DNA of 64,000 nucleotides from Collinsella sp. (GTDB lineage Bacteria; Actinomycetota; Coriobacteriia; Coriobacteriales; Coriobacteriaceae): NCBI GenBank assembly GCA_019414605.1, contig DXLS01000004.1, positions 31,114 to 95,113 of the forward strand, read 5' to 3'. Shown piece by piece: positions 61,429 to 64,000 of this stretch (position 1 is its first letter; each line of letters starts with the position of its first letter). The notes under the pieces were generated by a model. It saw only the letters and a program-made list of their open reading frames with translations, ran no database searches and was not told where the DNA came from. The position numbers and the translations under genes were made by a program.

Positions 61429-63873
61429 TTAGGCGTGGTCGCTCCAGCTGCGGACACGCTGCTTCATGCCCTCTATGTCGAGCACGCCTTCGGCAAAGCC
61501 CTTGCGCACGAGCTCTTCGGGAACAAACTCGTCGTAGCGGTCAAAATAAGGCACCTCGTCGGGATAGACGAGCTCGATGGGATCGAAGTCCTTCTCGGCC
61601 TCGGCGGCGAGCACCTCAAAGAACGTCTCCTCGTCGGCCTTCATCTTAAACTGCATAAAGTACGGGCGTGATGGGTCGAGTCCGCGAAGGCCCAACTCCG
61701 CGGCACATTTAATCTTGAGCATGCGCTCGAGGGCCAAAAAGGCGTAGCTGCCCAGCCAGGGGAAGAGCACCCAGGTATCGCCGCCCAGGTTAATGAGCGG
61801 TTTAGTTCCCGCGCCCGAAATCTCGGCCGTATGACGAGCCTGCGCAAGGCGGGCCCGTGCGTTACCCATAAGGTACGGATACGCGGCGTGTTCGTTGAGC
61901 GCCTTGCGCATGCGCTCGAGTACGTGTGTATTGATGTCACCGGGACAGTCGCCAAAGTAGGCCGGCACCCGGCCCTTGACCTGCGTGGCAAAGACGGTGT
62001 GGCGCTTCCAGTCCACTTCCTCGACAATCCAGCAGTGTCCGGCGATGGCGATGCGCTCACCGGGCGGTGGCGGATTGACGATCGTGCCCAGCTCGGCCGA
62101 TTCGCTGCGAACGGTGAACTCTTCGTTTTCCTGGAATACGGCGTAGAACTTAAAGTTGTTAATGATGCGCTCGCCCGCGAGACCCACGATGAGTCCGCCG
62201 CCCTCGGTGACTTGGATATGGTCGATCTTAATGAGGTGACGCAGCAGTACGCGATAGTCATCGGCCGAGATGCGATGGAAATAGCTGAGTGTGAGCACGC
62301 GCTGGGCAAGCTCTGCCGGCGTGAGCTCGCCGGTGCTGGCAAGCGTCGACATAGTCTGGTGGTAGAGCAGGCTGTAGGGGAGTCGATCGAGCTCGGGCGG
62401 CTCGACCCACTTTTCCTCGCGATAGAGTTGTACGAGCGCGATGCCCTGCAGGAGCTTCCACGGAATGGTCTCGGGCATCATCGTGCGCGGCTCGGGCTCT
62501 TCCTCGCGCATGACAAACCACATCTCGGGCGGAAGGTCGCGGCGTCCCGTGCGGCCCATTCGCTGCAAAAAGGAACTGACGGTAAATGGCGCATCGATCT
62601 GAAACGCACGCTCCAGACGGCCGATATCGATACCGAGCTCCAGCGTAGAGGTGGTGACGGTCGTTTGTGCCTGCTCCTCATCGCGCATGAGTTCTTCGGC
62701 CGTCTCGCGTAGCGATGCCGAAAGATTGCCATGGTGGATGAGAAAACGGTCGGGCTCGTGTCGACTTTCGCAGTAGCTGCGCAGCATGGAGCACACGGCC
62801 TCTGCCTCCTCGCGCGAGTTGGCAAAGACCAGGCACTTACGGCCGCGCGTATGTTCAAAGATATAGCCCATACCGGGGTCGGCGTTGTCGGGCGCCGTGT
62901 CGGTGGGGTTGAGAAGCGCCTGCTCGGTCGCTCGTGGGATGTCGACTTCGCCCTCGGGGGCCGAGGAAGTTTGGCGGTCCTTGGGAGCGGCCTTGCCCCG
63001 TGCCCGCTCACGACGTTGACGGCGCTCCTCTTGTGTGAGCTGTCCGCTGTGACGCATGTCTTGGGCGCCGGCGGGCAGTGCTGCGGATGCCGCCGCATCG
63101 ATGCGCTCGCACGCAAGCACTTCGGCCTCTTGAGGACCTGTACCCATGAATCCCCGCTGCTGCGCCTGGGGGCCCGAGTTGTAGAAGTGCTCCATGGAGA
63201 TGCGCCACACGCGACGCGGTTCCTCAAAACGGGGGATAATGCAGTCGCGCCCCGTTCCCTGTGAGAGAAAAGCGCCCGTGCGCTCGGGGTCGCCGATGGT
63301 AGCCGAAAGGCCAATGCGGCGAGGCTGCACGCCGGCCATGCGCGAGAGTCGCTCGATAAGGCAGAGCGTTTGCCCGCCACGGTCGCCGCGCATGAGCGAA
63401 TGGACCTCATCGATGACCACGTAGCGCAGGTCGCAAAACATGCGCGGGATCGCCATGTGCTTATGGATTAAAAGCGCTTCGAGTGACTCGGGTGTAATCT
63501 GCAGGATGCCGCTCGGTTTTTTAATGAGCTTAGCCTTGTGCGACTGCGAGACATCGCCATGCCAGTGCCAGACAGGGATATCGGCCTCTTCGCAGAGGTC
63601 GTTGAGGCGGACGAACTGATCATTGATGAGCGCTTTGAGGGGGCCGATGTAGAGGGCGCCCACGCTCGCGGGCGGGTTCTCCCAAAACTCGGTCAGGATG
63701 GGAAAGAAGGCTGCCTCGGTTTTGCCGGAAGCTGTGGATGCCGTTAGGAGCACATTGTCTTGTGTGTTAAAGATGGCATCTGCCGCCGCAACCTGGATAG
63801 AGCGCAGACTCTCCCAATCGTGGGAGTAGATGAAGTCTTGGATAAACGGAGCATATCGGTCAAAGGCGTTCAC
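61429..63873 (-). CDS. Lhr-like DEAD/DEAH-box ATP-dependent helicase
   Basis: Start set at GTG 63873, with GGGGAGG upstream; the ORF track start is 63939. It has ASTASGKTEAAF (motif I), DEVH (motif II), helicase C motifs and a long C-terminal domain. Confidence 0.8.
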   Translation of the reverse strand: MNAFDRYAPFIQDFIYSHDWESLRSIQVAAADAIFNTQDNVLLTASTASGKTEAAFFPILTEFWENPPASVGALYIGPLKALINDQFVRLNDLCEEADIPVWHWHGDVSQSHKAKLIKKPSGILQITPESLEALLIHKHMAIPRMFCDLRYVVIDEVHSLMRGDRGGQTLCLIERLSRMAGVQPRRIGLSATIGDPERTGAFLSQGTGRDCIIPRFEEPRRVWRISMEHFYNSGPQAQQRGFMGTGPQEAEVLACERIDAAASAALPAGAQDMRHSGQLTQEERRQRRERARGKAAPKDRQTSSAPEGEVDIPRATEQALLNPTDTAPDNADPGMGYIFEHTRGRKCLVFANSREEAEAVCSMLRSYCESRHEPDRFLIHHGNLSASLRETAEELMRDEEQAQTTVTTSTLELGIDIGRLERAFQIDAPFTVSSFLQRMGRTGRRDLPPEMWFVMREEEPEPRTMMPETIPWKLLQGIALVQLYREEKWVEPPELDRLPYSLLYHQTMSTLASTGELTPAELAQRVLTLSYFHRISADDYRVLLRHLIKIDHIQVTEGGGLIVGLAGERIINNFKFYAVFQENEEFTVRSESAELGTIVNPPPPGERIAIAGHCWIVEEVDWKRHTVFATQVKGRVPAYFGDCPGDINTHVLERMRKALNEHAAYPYLMGNARARLAQARHTAEISGAGTKPLINLGGDTWVLFPWLGSYAFLALERMLKIKCAAELGLRGLDPSRPYFMQFKMKADEETFFEVLAAEAEKDFDPIELVYPDEVPYFDRYDEFVPEELVRKGFAEGVLDIEGMKQRVRSWSDHA

Positions 63874-63935
63874 GGGGCCTCCCCTCAAATACGAACCTCT
63901 CAATGCGGTTGGCAATGGTTTGCTGCATTGCTGTC

Positions 63936-63996
63936 TCAACGTTTGTGCAGATAAAAGCTGCCAAAATAGATCTGTCCCTTTTTGGCAGGTTAGATG
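63936..63996 (-). repeat. GGGACAG-loop hairpin element, copy 4 (extended)
   Basis: The minus strand reads CTGCCAAAA-AGGGACAGATCTA-TTTTGGCAG followed by CTTTTATCTGCACAAACGTTG. It lies upstream of the helicase gene in the same orientation. Confidence 0.7.
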
Positions 63997-64000
63997 GTGA

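Noticed and set aside
1-64000. tRNA, rRNA and CRISPR arrays.
   Set aside because: I saw no cloverleaf-type T-arm (GGTTCGAATCC-like) context, no rRNA-like conserved blocks and no regularly spaced repeats. Formal tRNAscan or cmscan runs were not possible.

Overview
This 64-kb window comes from a high-G+C chromosome. Hand counts on a few lines give roughly 60-70% G+C. The gene content includes a bile-salt hydrolase, a reverse rubrerythrin, LAxTG-anchored surface proteins, pdxST/pdxR, a TPP-riboswitch thi operon and Kup. That mix suggests an anaerobic gut actinobacterium of the Coriobacteriia type, but this is inference only. I support about 55 CDS and saw no rRNA, tRNA or CRISPR array. Most of the window is ordinary metabolism, transport and regulation.

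The stand-out is a horizontally acquired patch at about 1.6-10.2 kb. It holds an IS30 N-terminal remnant, an intact IS30-family element (2234-3850) and a co-directional operon of about 6 kb at about 40% G+C (4150-9806). The operon encodes:
- a radical SAM enzyme lacking SPASM/twitch cysteines;
- an orphan 160-aa protein;
- a PqqD-like RRE protein;
- a 66-aa Cys-free Ala/Val/Gly/Asn-rich candidate precursor peptide;
- a small 3-TM protein;
- an NPPx-motif methyltransferase;
- an ABC exporter whose H-loop lies behind an in-frame TGA.

I read this as a candidate new RiPP system, possibly epimerised and N-methylated like a proteusin or epipeptide. I cannot assign it to a named class.

Other items worth a second look:
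- a tandem duplication of an LAxTG adhesin gene that carries a relic of the neighbouring permease 3' end, with one copy frameshifted;
- two 119-bp elements with 16-bp terminal inverted repeats bracketing a DUF559-like gene, each supplying the stop codon of the upstream gene;
- a hairpin family with a conserved GGGACAG loop;
- an AAATTGAAC operator array in front of an XRE-HTH::AlaA fusion that has an internal SD+ATG;
- a protein with an acidic N-terminus and a eukaryote-like RGG tail;
- a 27-aa holin-like or type I toxin-like ORF that is absent from the ORF track;
- two short peptide-deformylase paralogues with altered catalytic motifs;
- a bacterial Elp3 gene abutting a spermidine-synthase-fold gene.

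Many long ORFs in the track are antisense or out-of-frame artefacts of high G+C and were ignored.
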